Origin: Nitrososphaerales archaeon | GTDB lineage: Archaea; Thermoproteota; Nitrososphaeria; Nitrososphaerales; Gagatemarchaeaceae | Direction: 5' to 3' | Assembly: GCA_050013375.1 (NCBI GenBank) | Contig: JBEKFK010000001.1 | Span: forward strand, 5,051-69,050 | Length of the DNA stretch: 64,000 bases | In this document: piece by piece, positions 62,836 through 64,000 of the stretch | Position numbering within the stretch: position 1 is the first letter of the stretch | Layout: each line of letters begins with the position of its first letter | Notes under the pieces: generated by a model | Databases searched by the model: none | The model's input: only the letters and a program-made list of their open reading frames with translations | What the model was told of the DNA's origin: nothing | Made by a program: the position numbers and the translations under genes

Positions 62836-64000
62836 CTAGGGGGGCCCCTTGAGCTTCACGAGGTACGACTCCGCGAGCTGCTGGGCCTCCTTCGCTGACG
62901 GAGACTCGGCGGAGACCCTGACTATGTCCTCGGTCCCCGAGGCCCTGATCAGCACCCAGGAGTTCTTCGAGACGTTGATCTTCATGCCGTCCAGCAGGTC
63001 CGCGCCCGGATTCTCGCGCTGCAGCCTCTTGATTGACGCGAGCGCCTTCTTCCTCTCCATCTCGAGCTTCAGCCTTGCCTGGTGGTAGGAGGGGACCTGG
63101 TCCAGGACCCGGGGCCCCTTCTTCTTGATCGCTCCAACTATCGTTATCGCTGCCAGCATCGAGTCCCTGCAGAGGTTGAAGCGGCCGTCGATCAGCCCGC
63201 CGCTGCTCCCCTCACCGCCGATCTCCGCGTGGTGCTCCGACATCCCCGATATCACGTTGGCCTCCCCCACCTTGGACCGGTATGTCCTCCCGCCGAGTTC
63301 CGAGACCACGTCGTCTATCGCCTGGGTTGTGTCCGTCGAGACTACCACCGAACGGTCCTTGAGGCCCGGGAGGATCTCCTTGATCGCGAGGGTGAGCATG
63401 TAGTCCCCGGTCCTCTTCGCGCCTCCGCCGTCGACGAGGACGAGCCTGTCTCCGTCGCAGTCGAAGGCGAACCCGACGTCGCAGTGCCTCTCCCTGACCG
63501 TCTTCGTGAGAAGCTCGAGCTCGTCGTTGGTTGGGTCAATCCTCCTGCTGAAGACCCCGGGCGTCCCCCCGATCACGGACAGGTCGCACCCCAGCGCCCG
63601 CAGTATCCCGGGGGCGTGGGCGATGGCGGCGCCGCCGTTCAGGTCGACCGCGACCTTCACGCCTTCGCAGGAGCCCTCGCCCGCCATCCTCACGAGCTCC
63701 CCGTCATACGACGGCCTCGGGCCGGCCCTCACGGAGCCTCCGGACCTGTGCGAGCGGTCCCTCAGGGGCTTGAGGATCCGGTCGAACTCGGCCTGCCCGA
63801 CAACGCGGCCGTTCAGTACGAACTTCATCCCGTTCCACTCCGGTTCGTTGTGGGACGCCGTTATCATCACCGCGGCCCGCTCCCTCACCCTGCTCTCCCT
63901 GAAGAGGGCCGGGGTGGAGATCACACCGTAGTCGATGACGGACTTCCCCGAATCGAGCAGGGCGCCTTCCACTAGCCTCCCCATGACGTCGCCCGTGGAC
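62836..64000 (-). CDS. phosphohexomutase (PGM/PMM family), N-terminus beyond window
   Basis: ITASHNEPEWNGMKF, FDCDGDRLV, GGEGSSG. The frame stays open upstream of the first Met to the window edge. The stop is 1 nt from the thiL start. Confidence 0.85.
   Translation of the reverse strand, partial: STGDVMGRLVEGALLDSGKSVIDYGVISTPALFRESRVRERAAVMITASHNEPEWNGMKFVLNGRVVGQAEFDRILKPLRDRSHRSGGSVRAGPRPSYDGELVRMAGEGSCEGVKVAVDLNGGAAIAHAPGILRALGCDLSVIGGTPGVFSRRIDPTNDELELLTKTVRERHCDVGFAFDCDGDRLVLVDGGGAKRTGDYMLTLAIKEILPGLKDRSVVVSTDTTQAIDDVVSELGGRTYRSKVGEANVISGMSEHHAEIGGEGSSGGLIDGRFNLCRDSMLAAITIVGAIKKKGPRVLDQVPSYHQARLKLEMERKKALASIKRLQRENPGADLLDGMKINVSKNSWVLIRASGTEDIVRVSAESPSAKEAQQLAESYLVKLKGPP

Noticed and set aside
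1-64000. CRISPR arrays, rRNA genes, transposases/integrases, reverse transcriptase or DGR-type template/variable repeats.
   Set aside because: None was found on reading both strands. The only DNA-level repeats are short palindromes, and the repeats in the surface protein are diverged at the nucleotide level.

Overview
GC-rich, densely coding segment that reads as an archaeal chromosome. It holds about 75 protein-coding genes on both strands and one tRNA-Arg(UCU) with a 15-nt bulge-helix-bulge intron. I saw no rRNA, CRISPR array, transposase or integrase. The archaeal assignment rests on the tRNA intron, a DRG/Rbg-type GTPase, an HTH_10 (Bat-type) regulator, TATA-like boxes 20-30 nt upstream of several start codons (leaderless-type layout) and a thermopsin-like surface protein. 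A Thermoplasmatota-like origin is only a guess. Most content is accessory metabolism and transport: 3 MFS and 1 APC transporters, 4 SDR/epimerases, 2 aldo-keto reductases, 2 D-2-hydroxyacid dehydrogenases, 2 LLM-class and 1 DDN-class putative F420 enzymes, 2 aminotransferases, 3 HtrA proteases, 2 phosphohexomutases, ThiL, TrmO and SfsA. Items worth follow-up: (i) an orphan full-length ParB with a parS-like 14-bp palindrome 35 nt downstream of its stop codon. (ii) A fused ABC-ATPase/Toprim-like (OLD/PARIS-like) gene behind a ~27% G+C spacer, with a compact DExH/HA2-type helicase two genes downstream; this is a candidate defence or accessory island that matches no named system. (iii) An orphan Cas4-like nuclease in a co-directional string with a zinc-ribbon-decorated soluble M48 peptidase, an HDAC-family deacetylase and a Zn-ribbon protein. 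(iv) A minimal SET-domain protein. (v) A 1315-aa secreted repeat protein with a cytoplasmic zinc-ribbon tail. (vi) Several plausible <60-aa genes missing from the ORF track. All functional calls come from motif recognition by eye; no database search was run.
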